From Takakia lepidozioides (Eukaryota > Plantae > Bryophyta), in contig CM060731.1 in assembly GCA_030704615.1 (NCBI GenBank), positions 89,528,001-89,592,000 on the forward strand: DNA of 64,000 bases. The letters run 5' to 3'. Under the pieces are notes generated by a model. That model did not search any database and had not been told where the DNA came from. It saw only the letters and a list, made by a program, of their open reading frames with translations. Shown in pieces: positions 39,301 through 50,800 of this stretch; position 1 is the first letter of the stretch, and every line of letters starts with the position of its first letter. The position numbers and the translations under genes were made by a program.

Positions 39301-40333
39301 ATGGCCTTTTTTTATTGAAAGATACGGAGGGATGTTGTAATTCACCATGGTCACCGGCCAAGTGGAATGACTACATGACTGGACAGAGAATGGGTTGACC
39401 CCATCCGAGGAGAAGCCGAGGCGGACATGTCGTGGGTCCTCCAAGAGAAAAGGCCACATCTCTTCAGTATGCCTCCATGCTTGTGAATCTTGTGGCCCGC
39501 ACACCTTTCCCGGGGGGCTCCGATGCGAGGCGTGCCATCTCATCAGTTTTGCCAATGAGGGGCTTCGGTAGTGTGCCTGTAGTCGCGGGATGATTGGAAA
39601 GTAGTGCATTTTCTGGCACCATCCCCATGTCGGCCCCATATCATAATCAGTGTCATTCATATCTCTAAGTAAAACCTTACGTCTTGTAGCGGTTGCAAAA
39701 AAGTAGAATGCAATATACAAGTGTATTGTGGCGCGGGTATACCTTGTGCGGGGCTTTCTTCCCTTGAACATCATCCCGATATCGGTCTTTGTTGCACTTT
39801 GGACACTTGGTGAGTTTTGCATCCTCTCCGTAGTACAGGGTTTTATCACATGGACATGCATGAAAAATCTTATAGCCCATCCCCACAGCATCCAAGGCTG
39901 CTCTTGCCTCTTTTCTTGATCGTGGCATTCTCGGCTTCAAATGTGGGGCAAGGATGTAGTCCGCAATAGTCCACATTATGGCGGACATACCCACATTGCT
40001 TATGCCAAACCGGATTTGCAAATTCAGCAACAACAAGATGGTTGAAAGTCTACTCACTTTGGCCCCTTCGTATAAGGGAGTTTTGGCCTCTTTTTCCATG
40101 TCATTCAAAGAGTTTGTGTCCTCATCTACCATCTGATGCATTAAGAGGTCCTCCATTGCTGCCACATCCTCATGCATAATTCCATTGTCATTGTTGTCCT
40201 CATCATCGGAGACCGCCATTTCAGATGGGATCGGGTCCCTTTGATACGCACCCCCCTCCGAAGGAACAAAATCCCGGTTCATGACAAGATCATGAACTTC
40301 ATGAATTAACGTCGTGGGGTTGTGGCCGGCATC
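36357..40333 (-). pseudogene. CACTA Tnp2/TnpD transposase with introns (putative first exon 42108-42444)
   Basis: PLYEGA..HACPCDKTLY..CPKC..RY, YFPIIPRL, DGVNPF..STWPV..NYNIPP, WTMHDYPG, PMHIEKNV, GLKSQDYHNL, FFDIQVHLVVHL, WMYYLERYMK, GSMAEGY, YFGELESIL, EQVFF, then an acidic tail. Confidence 0.92.
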
Positions 40334-40647
40334 CTAAGATGCCAAAAACAACCATGTCATTATCAGTTTCCATACATGGCGTTGTTCATTATCATACAAG
40401 ATAAAACCCAAAGTACACATTATACACACGAGGGGAATACATACATTGCTTCACCACATGAAGGAGACACTATATAATTCAAAATACCCAAATTCACATA
40501 TAACGTCCACCCAAACTCCCTTGAATATAGCATGAAAAACTGCATCCAAATACACATCAATGCCTATGTATATATATACACGGTGGAGGAAGCCACCTCA
40601 ATGTACAAAATGTCTTCCTACGTCCATCTACACATGATGAAAGTCGG

Positions 40648-41995
40648 CTAACGCCTAAAGTCATACTCTGCAAACAACTCCTCTCCAGCCCTAATAGTCC
40701 TCCTTGCACATGTCATCACAAAAGTGGGATGTTAGGGTCCAATCTACTATCCCCGTCATGGCGCTCATCCCAAAACACGTTGGCGGTGTGGCCCGGCGGT
40801 AAGGTAACTGAACTGTTGATGAGCCCAGCCACGTTGCCGTACACATCGGGTTTCCGTCACAATAAATATGGGCTTTGCGGCCCAAATTTCTCGCCCTTAC
40901 ATCATTGTCGTTCACAACAAGGATGTAAGGATGGATCAAGGACCCAAGGCCGTGTGTCTGCAATAATTGCCACTCCCGGTGGGTGTACTCGGCCCAAAAT
41001 AGGGGAACAAATCCACAGAATCCTCTCCTCCCCCCAAAACTACATCCTCCATCAAAAAAAGTCCGCGACCCATACTAGGGTCCATTGCCTCCATCACGCA
41101 ATACATGCGACCCCAAAAAAGAAAGGGCTCACCCTCGGGAATCGGAACTGGACAAGGCACAAGACATTGGTAGAAATGGGGTTGGACTCCCATCGTGAAT
41201 AGCTCCCTAGCACCACGATGATGTATGGTGCCGTCATCAGGCCGGCGAAGGCGCGGACCAACCGTGCGAAACAACTTCGGTCCACCTCTCCTAAGGGGCG
41301 CGCCCGTCCATCACTTCGGGGGCCCTTCTCCCGGAGTGGGACCTAGTGATCCATCGGTCCCAGTCATACACAGTCCCCAAGGTGGTGGGATCCATCCGGG
41401 TTCTGCCGGAGGACCCGGATACGGACTCGGTGGCGGCTGTGGTCTCGGCAATGGAGGGGAAGGGAAATGTAGGTTGGTATGAGGATCTCGCGTGGAGGTA
41501 GTACTGGCCGAGATGGCCGGGATGGCGATGGTGATGAGGAAAGTACATGTACAATAGGAGGAACGGACGATGCGGATGATGGTGATGATGGGGGTGCCGA
41601 TGTCGAGGATGTCGAACTCGGACTCGGTGGCGGCTGTGGTCTCGGCAATGGAGGGGAAGGGACACGTAGCCGGTCGGTATGAGGGACCTCGGATGGCAAT
41701 GGTGATGAGGAAAGACCATCTACAATAGGGGAACGGACGATGCGGATGATGGTGATGATGGGGGTGGCGATGTCGAGGATGACGAATGTGTGTGCGTAGG
41801 TGACAAGCACCTAGCCCGGTGCCCAAAAATAAAAAAACACGCATCGTACCCCGCTACCTCACAAACTGCATCTACGTCATGTTGCGAGAAAAAAATGTTC
41901 ACATCCGGAACGGGGTGGGGCTCGCAAGAAGGAAGAAACCCGCATCGGTATGCCTCTTCAGCAAAAAAATTGCGAGCTTGGACATCAAGACGGGG
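40648..41995 (-). pseudogene. SET-domain (histone lysine methyltransferase-like) ORF with Pro/Ser-rich N-terminal linker, frameshifted
   Basis: Joining three frameshifts in the domain gives MGRGLFLMEDV..LFPYFGPEY..PYILVVND..IYCDGNP.YGNVAGLINSS..ANV..HFVMTCARRTIRAGEELFAEYDFRR*. This follows the SET motifs GxGLF, YxG, GNxARFINHS and AxRxIxxGEELxxxY in order. Confidence 0.8.
41420..41785. repeat. Tandem duplication of about 197 bp encoding the Pro/Ser-rich linker
   Basis: GGACTCGGTGGCGGCTGTGGTCTCGGCAATGGAGGGGAAGGGA at about 41423 and 41620. Confidence 0.85.
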
Positions 41996-43413
41996 CTGCA
42001 AGATGCATGATATGAAATGCATCAATACTCAATTCACAAACGCGAGGTTTCATTAGATATAGTACTTTTAATTGAGGAGTACGTGAGAAGATATATGGAC
42101 GACTTACCTTTGCTGCATCAGCAATCTCGTACTTGGCGTAATGTTTTTGCACAACATGGGTCACCGCATCATCGGTGTGGTCCTCCCAACGGTAGTGTGC
42201 CCAACACCAACTGCACCAACACTCAATCTTGGGGAGGCGGTCCCGGCGGGGTCTCCCGGGGCTCGTGCCTCTGGACTTGGCGGCCTACGACTCGGGGTGG
42301 TGGCCGTGGGGGCAAAGCTGTGCGGACATGGCGATGCCGCCTAACTCGTAGACGAGGCGAACGTGCTGTCTCGCCCTCAGCAGGTGGTTGTGGCACAGCC
42401 GGCAACGAATCCTCAAGCGTGACACGTCGATAAACACGCGGCATGACCTAGCACGAGCGAGAGGTAGAGTACCGTATTGTGACCCACTGTAACCTCCGGA
42501 GGGTTACACTCCCAACCCTTGGAAAAACTTGAAAAAAAAAACCCTACAAACGTAAAGCCATATGTCCCACCCCACCAAAAAACAAAAACCCTAAAAACAA
42601 AACTATATTGCAGCTAATCCTAAACTAACTATATTATAACTAAACCCTAAACAAAACTATGTAACCCTAAAACCCCTAAGAGCCAAAGACCCAAAAACCC
42701 AAATGATCCTTGCAAAACCCCATAACCCAAAAAACCAAAAAAAAAATAAAAAAAATGAGAGGCCTCTTCAACTCACCTCTGCGCCAGATCTGCAACTGTC
42801 GTGCGACGTCCGTGCGACGTCCCCCTGAGGCAGCGACGCTCGTGCGATTCCCCAACGTCGCAGCGGATCCCCCTCCTGCCAAGGTGGCCGCCCTTCTCTC
42901 CCTTCTCTCTCCCCTTCGCGAAGGCGCCTGATCGCCGCCGAGGTTTTTCCGGTGGGGTCGCCACATTGGCGCGCCGCGGCTGCACCGACCGCCTCTCACT
43001 CCCCCTCTCAATCTCTCTATCTGATCTCTCTCTCCCTCACCCTCCTCCTCTCACTCTTCCTCCCTCCCCTCCCTCCATCCCTACTTTGTTTTTTTTTTGC
43101 TCTCGAGCTCTCCCGGGCGCAACTACCCCCGCGTGCCGGAGCATTTTCTGGCGGCGGTGACGCAACACTGACGCGCCACGGCGTTCAAACCCGCGCGCGC
43201 CCTCTCTTTCACTCTCCCTCTCGCCCCCTAATCCCTCTCCCTCACTCTCTCTCTCCCTCTTCTATGTCGTTTGTTTTTTTGTTGTTGTTGTTTGAGCGAG
43301 CTGGGAGCGCGCCCCCGTGACCTACTGGTGAGCGCCAGCGAACGCAAGCGCCGCGGGAGGGGTCCGCCAGCGTGAAGGAGCTTCAGCGTGAGGAGAACTT
43401 GCCCTCCCTCTCC

Positions 43414-46400
43414 TTCTCTCTCTCCCTCTCTCCCTCTCCCTCTATAACTTTTTGGATTTCATTTGGCCCTGATATTTACTATTTGCTTCTTTCATCTAAA
43501 CTGGATGAAATACATGAATAATGCTGACCTATTCTAAAAATCCAAGAGGTAGTAATTTGTACCATCATTAATGATGGCAGTTACTAAACCTAAGCCTATA
43601 CCGTAACCCTAAGATACCTTTTTATGGGATATCATCCATTAACAAAGTGCATCTCTTTCAAATATGATTTTTCATCCACCCTGGATGAAAAATCGGGAAG
43701 TTGTGCCCTAAACGGGCCGACATATTTCACAGCACAGAACTCGTGCTTCTATGATCCTTGATGATGCGCCATGTAAACCTGCTCCCTTGCGGCTACATGG
43801 TACTCGTGATGGCTGACTTTTGGGATGCGCAATGGCAGATAGACAGATTCTTCTCTGGCAGTCGACAATGCAGTGATCGCTCTGCTCAGAAATTTATGAT
43901 TCTGTTAAATTCACAGCGGCGCTCTTACTCCTCGTTGGGAAGTACTCCACCCCTACTTAGCCACAGATTACATGTTGCTCTCTTTCTGTATGAGCTGCTC
44001 TCTTCTACTTGATTGCGTTCTGCTGGAGACATCTACTGGACGCCATGGCGCAGGGCATACCACAAACACTTAAGGTTTTTTTGAGTGTACCCTTGCTTGG
44101 ATTACGATTTGTACATGCTTTTAGAATTCAACACTGACATGGATAGCAACTGTGAAAACCTGCCACTCACCTGATGCATCCTCACTAACACACATCTCTA
44201 TGTGGTGGTTTTTGGGACGGGCACAGGTGAGGGTCTTCACTTGTCTTGAATTATTGAAGCTTGCGAGTCTGATTCATGCATAAGGGATTGCTGCTACCGC
44301 CTGAAGCTGCTGATACCAACTGTTGTTTCAAATCTGCCATCTTGCTGCCTCAAATCGGCTTCAAGTCTGCTCTAATGAGGATCACCTTCTTACTCCTTAT
44401 CCCTGTTTTTGGTTCTTGATAACCACTTCTATACGTTTTGGAGTTAAGACACACAAGGGACTTCATAGAAAACAAAATCTCTGTTGAAAGCTCTGGCTGT
44501 TTTCAACAAAGGTACATGGCTGCGGTTATAGCTCTGGCAGCATGGAAACTAAGCTCTGAAATGAAACACCATGGCCTGGCTCTGATGGATCAGAAGATAG
44601 ACCTTGTGATAACAAACATTCTTCAAGGCTCTTATATCACCACTATTTCATTGCATGATAGGGGACAATGGTTTCTGAGTTCATTTCTTTAACTAGCAGA
44701 GCTTGTTATGAGGCCCTGGAATACCACTCCAGGCCCATATCTACTTGAGGGTACTCAGCCCTATGTTTTGTTTTGTTAGAAATCTGGCTTATGACTTGGC
44801 ACTGAAGCACCTTCAGACCTGACCCCATCAGTATTTTGGTTTTCAAGAACTGCTTGCTGGTAGATGTTGTGCGCTTCCTACCTTATACTATGGCAGAGTT
44901 TTGATCTTGAAGTCCTGCAATGACTATCCAGGCTTACATATACCTGAAAAAAACTGAGCCCCGCTTCTACTTTATGAATCTTGCATGTGTCTTGGCACTG
45001 ACAGATCAGTTTCACGCCTACACAGGATGTTGTTTAGGAAGATGAATGGCTCAAGAACTAGATTATGTAAGGCTTGACCCATGTCAACAACAAAAAATGA
45101 ATGCTTTATGTCAACTTATGGGGCTTTCAGGATATGAATGACCAGGAATCCCGCCCTCCCACCCTGTTTTTTCAGATACCCTGAAAAGTTATAAGATGTT
45201 CAAATGAGTTGGTAAAAGGGTGTTAGATGATGCCCTGTAAAGGGTTGCTTTGTCTTTCAATGACAATGACCTTAGTGGTCTTGTCCATGTCTTGACATGA
45301 CATGTATATCTTCTCTCTCCCTCTTTTCCATTTTTTATTGTTTGAGCGCGGGAGTGTGCCCACGCGACCTGGTGGCGGAGCGCCAACGGAACACCGGCGT
45401 GAAGGAGCTGCTGCGCAAGGCGCCCAACTGCAGGTAAGCAGCCATGCATTTCTGATCTTCATAGTGAGAGATTTCAGTGAGAGTTTGGGTTCCACGGAGT
45501 AGACTGTGGAATCCCAACGGATCTCATAGTATATAGGACAATAGAAGAAGTGTTCTTCAGTTTCAATTTCATGGAGAGAGAAGATATACATGTCATGTCA
45601 AGACATGGACAAGACCACTAAGGTCATTGTCATTGAAAGACAAAGCAACCCTTTACAGGGCATCATCTAACAACCCCTTTTACCAACTCATTTGAACATC
45701 TTATAACTTTTCAGGGTATCTGAAAAAACAGGGTGGGAGGGCGGGATTCCTGGTCATTCATATCCTGAAAGCCCCATAAGTTGACATAAAGCATTCATTT
45801 TTTGTTGTTGACACGGGTCAAGCCTTACATAATCTAGTTCTTGAGCCATTCATCTTCCTAAAACAACATCCTGTGTAGGCGTGAAACTGATCTGTCAGCG
45901 CCAAGACACATGCAAGATTCATAAAGTAGAAGCGGGGCTCAGTTTTTTCAGGCATATGTAAGCCTGGATAGTTATTCCAGGACTTCAAGATCAAAACTCT
46001 GCCACAGTATAAGGTAGGAAGCGCACAACATCTACCAGCAAGCAGTTCTTGAAAACTAAAATACTGATGGGGCCAGGTCTGAAGGTGCTTCAGTGCCAAG
46101 TCATAAGCCAGATTTCTAACAAAACAAAACATAGGGCTGAGTACCCTCAAGTAGATATGGGCCTGGAGTGGTATTCCAGGGCCTCATAACAAGCTCTGCT
46201 AGTTAAAGAAATGAACTCAGAAACCATTGTCCCCTATCATGGAACGAAATAGTGGTGATATAAGAGCCTTGAAGAATGTTTGTTATCACAAGGTCTATCT
46301 TCTAATCCATCAGAGCCAGGCCATGGTGTTTCATTTCAGAGCTTAGTTTCCATGCTGCCAGAGCTATAGCCGCAGCCATGTACCTTTGTTGAAAACAGCC

Positions 46401-47466
46401 AGAGCCTTCAACAGAGATTTTGTTTTCTATGAAGTCCCTTGTGTGTCTTAACTCCAAAACATATACAAGTGGTTATCAAGAACCAAAAACAGGGATAAGG
46501 AGAAGCCGATTTGAGGCAGCAAGATGGCAGATTTGAAACAACAGTTGGTATCAGCAGCTTCAGGCGGTAGCAGCAATCCCTTATGCATGAATCAGACTCT
46601 GCAAGCTTCAATAATTCAAGACAAGTGAAGACCCTCACCTGTGCCCGTCCCAAAAACCACCACATAGAGATGTGTGTTAGTGAGGATGCATCAGGTGAAT
46701 GGCAGGTTTTCACAGTTGCTATCCATGTCAGTGTTGAATTCTAAAGCATGTACAAATCGTAATCCAAGCAAGGGTACACTAAAAAAAAACCTCGAGTGTT
46801 TGTGGTATGCCCTGCGCCATGGCGTCCAGTAGATGTCTCCAGCAGAACGCAATCAAAGTAGAAGTGTTCACAGATAGAGAGTAGCTCATACAGAAAGAGA
46901 GCAACATGTAATCTGTGGCTAAGTAGGGGTGGAGTACTTCCCAACGAGGAGTAAGAGCGCCGCTGCGAATTTAACAGAATCATAAAATTTCTGAGCAGAG
47001 CGATCACTGCATTGTCGACTGCCAGAGAGGAATCTGTCTATCTGCCAATGCGCATCCCGAAAGCCAGCCATCACGAGTACCATGTAGCCGCAAGGGAGCA
47101 GGTTTACACGACGCATCATCAAGGATCATAGAAGCACGAGTTCTGTGCTGTGAAATATGTCGGCCCGTTTAGGGCACAACTTCCCGATTTCTCATCCAGG
47201 GTGGATGAAAAATCACATTTTAAAGAGATGCACTTTGTTAATGGATGATATCCCATAAAAAGGTATCTTAGGGTTACGGTATAGGCTTAGGTTTAGTAAC
47301 TGCCATCATTTATGATGGTACAAATTACTACCTCTTGGATTTTTAGAATATGTCACCATTATTCATGTATTTCATCCAGTTTAGATGAAAGAAGCAAATA
47401 GTAAATATCAGGGCCAAATGAAATCCAAAAAGTTATAGAGGGAGAGGGAGAGAGGGAGAGAGAGAG
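43414..47466. repeat. Long inverted repeat: arms about 43414-45320 and 45573-47466, loop about 250 bp
   Basis: Arms are reverse complements over about 1.9 kb with scattered substitutions and two 20-30 bp indels. The ORF track shows mirror peptides at 43758(+) and 47122(-). Confidence 0.95.
45430..45575 (-). pseudogene. LINE ORF2 C-terminal zinc-binding fragment in the inverted-repeat loop
   Basis: EIETEEHFFYCPIYYEIR..FHSLL..YEDQKCMAAYL, resembling the post-RT cysteine/histidine region of non-LTR elements. Confidence 0.55.
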
Positions 47467-47819
47467 AAAGAAAGAAAAAAATGGGGGGGGGGGGGGGGAC
47501 TAAGCAGCAGCAGCTGCTGCTCAGTCACTCCCCCCCCCTCCACCTGTTTTTTTTTTGTTTTTTCCGTCATCACTCCCTCTCTCCCTCTCTCTCCACATCT
47601 TGATGGGACAGAGGGAGAGATGTGGGAAAAGAGGGAGAGAGAGGGATAGAAGGAGAGATGGACTGTTGAGGGAAAAAAAAGAAAAACAAAAGGTGGGGCG
47701 GTGGGGGAGTGACTGAGCAACAGCAGCTGCTCAGTCACTCCCCCCCCCCCCCCCTAAACAGTCCCTCTCTCTCCACATCTTCATGGGACAGAGGGAGAGA
47801 TGAGGGAAAAGAGGGAGAG

Positions 47820-50800
47820 AGAGGGAAGATATACATGTCATGTCAAGACATGGACAAGACCGCTAAGGTCATTGTCATTGAAAAGACAAAACAGCTCTTA
47901 CAGGGCACCATCTACATTCTCTTTCATGTTTACAATCTCATTGAATACCCAATTACATTTCAGGGTCTCTGAAAAAACAGGGCGGAGGGTGGGATTCCAG
48001 GTCATTCATATATGAAAGTCAACCATAGTAACCATCATCATCTCAAGAATCCTTTTAAACTCATTCCAAAACCAGATTGCAGTTTGTTTTGAAGATGATG
48101 TTTTATAACCAAGATATAAGCAAGATTCTAAAAGGAAGAAGAAACAACATTGTAGAGCCCCCTTAAGCAGGTATAGGCCTAGAATGGTATTTTAAGGCCA
48201 CATAAAGTATTTCGCCAAGGTGAATAGCAGCTCAGAAACCCAGTTTGTTATCAAGCATGAAACCAAAATGATATGAGGGCCTTGGATAATGTGTGTTATC
48301 TATCAAAGTCCTATCCTTTTGATCCATCAGAGTCATACCAAGAGTTCTCATTTCGGAGCCAAGTATCAAGGCAGTCAAGTAATAACTGCTATTTTGTAAT
48401 CCACTTGTATCCTTCATAGCTAAACTCCTACACATGCAAATGTGGTTGTAAAAAACCATAAACCTGGGTAAGGAGAGAAGCAAATCCTCATTGGAGCAAT
48501 CTTGGAGCAGGTCTGAAGGCGGCATGGTGGCAGTTTGAAACAGCAGATGGCATCAGCAGTATCCACACGTGCAAAGAACAAGGAACTGCAAGCTTCAAGA
48601 ATCAAGACAAGTGAAGACCCTCACCTGTGCCCCGTCCCAAAACCACCACATAGCGCGGTGTTGTTAGTGAGGATGCAGCAGGTAAGTGGCAGGTCTTCCC
48701 AGTTGCCTATCCATGTCAGTGTTGATTCTAAAGCAAGTACAGATCACAATTCAAGCAATGGTAAACTCAAAAAACCTTGAGTGTATGTGGTATGCCTGCG
48801 CCATGGCGTCCAACAGATTGTCTCCAACAGAACGCAATCAGAGTAGAAGCGTTCACAGCTAGAGAGTGGCTCATACACGAAGAGAGAGCAACAAGTAATC
48901 TGTAGATAAATAGGGATAGAGTACTTCCCAACAAGGAGTAAAGCGCCGCTGCAAAATAAAGAACCATGAGTTCCTGATCAGAGCAATCATGGCTTTGTCG
49001 TCAGCCATAGAAGAATCTGTTTAACCACCCACCGCGCATCCCAAGAGCCGCAATCACGAGTACCATGTAGCAGCAGGGGAGCAGGTTTATACGGCGCATC
49101 ATCAAGGTTCACTGAAAGCACGAGTTCAGTGCTTGAAGTGTGTCGGCCTGCTTAGGGCAAAACTTCCCGATTTTTCATCCAGGATGGATGAAATATCACA
49201 TTTTACCAAGATAGGATTTTGTCACTGGATGACATCCCATAGAAATGTATCTTTTAGGGTTATGGTATAGGTTTAGGTTTAATAACTGCCATCATTTAAT
49301 GATGGTAGTTTTATTATTCTCTTGGATTTTATAATAGGTAACATTATTTATGTAGATCATCCAGTTTAGATGAAAAAAATAGATGTAACTCTAGCTTTCT
49401 GTATATTAAGTTTCATCATCCAATAATAAAATAAAATCATCCAGATTTGGATAAAAAAGGCAGGGATGAAAAACTAAACCTAACCTCAAAAGGTTAAGGC
49501 CAGATGAAATCCAAAGATTTATAATAGAGGAGAGGGTGAGAGAGAAGGGCTAGAGCGTGGGAGAGAAGAGGGAGCTCATGCAGGTAAAAAAAAAAAAAAA
49601 AAAAAAAAAAAGGGCGTGTTGGAGGTGAACTGAGCAGCTGCTCCCTCTCTCTCCTCTCTCCTCTCCCTCTCCCCTCTCTCCACATCATGATGGGACAGAG
49701 GAGATGAGGGGAGAGGGAGAGAGAGGACTGTTGAGGGGAAGGTTTGTGTGGGGGGGGGGGGGGGGGCCTGCTGCCTCCCCTCCTATCTTCCCACCCCCCC
49801 CACCATTTTTATTTTTTTTTTCCCCCTTAACAGTCCCTCTCTCTCCCACATCCTGATGGGACAGAGGGAGACAGAGGGATAGAGGAAGATACTATGGCTT
49901 GTCGGGACATGGACAGGACCAAACATGGCCATTGTCAATTTTTACGACAAATCAACCTCATGAAGAGTCAAACTCCACTTCAAATCAGATCTTACGATGA
50001 CCTCCATTACATTTCAAAGACAAAGAATCTACCTGGTAGATTTCAATGACAAGAAAATACGGGTGGGGAGGGTGGGATTACTTAGAAGATCCCCTCATTA
50101 TAATAATCCAGCTTTATATTCTAAGGAACAGTATGCTAAACAAGTGTTACCAACCTGTTTTTATGCCTGTTTTAGAATTATAAGCTATGGTGGCATCTAA
50201 GCAAACAATTAAATGTTTACTTATATCATGCAATAGTACTGCTCATCTGGAACCCAAAAGTTCCAGCTATTTTCCATTAATCACACAACCGGGATATTTA
50301 ATCATCTGGTTACTTGATAAGATAACCAGTTTTTTTAATAACAACAACCCAGAGCTTATCTGCTACATTTTTAGAACTTCTTGTAATCATGACATAGAGT
50401 CAAAACTCATTGCATTGTTTAGTAAGCTTGATTTCCCATAACTGCTTTCTACTGCAGTGTTCTGTATCAGAATATGCCATAGCTAGTAAAAAACAAACAG
50501 CTATCTTTTTTGTAACATAAAATCCAGAGCCATGCTGTAGGTATGATTGTTAATCAGTCTTTGATTACCAAGCAACAACAGAGGCTTCTCTTTAAAACAA
50601 CCAGACCTGGTTTAGGTCTGGGGTCATTATGTTACAACCTTGACAAGGTGTTTGCAAGGCAAAAAAAAGACTTTTAATGAAGTTCAGAAAGGCCATAGTT
50701 CCCACACTTGTTCAAACCCTGGTGTTACACAGGTTTTGAATCGATAACATCTGAAAAAATTATATTGTGTAGCCTGATATTTTTATCAAGCCAGAGCAGC

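Larger units (their letters stand above)
34906..43200 (-). mobile_element. CACTA/En-Spm transposon B with SET-domain cargo; right terminus missing
   Basis: Terminus CACTACTACGTTTAAG at 34906. GC-rich (T)GCGAC subterminal repeats at 34930-35300 and again at about 42780-43200. Full Tnp2 on the minus strand. Confidence 0.88.

Noticed and set aside
42570-42720. AAACCCTA telomere-like words
   Set aside because: Scattered and imperfect within AT-rich TE sequence; not an interstitial telomere array or a telomerase RNA.
43700-44700. Short ORFs in the inverted-repeat unit as a tyrosine recombinase/Crypton (GMRNG/GMRGG) or a snoRNA cluster
   Set aside because: Frames are not conserved among the four copies, and there is no complete catalytic or C/D box set.
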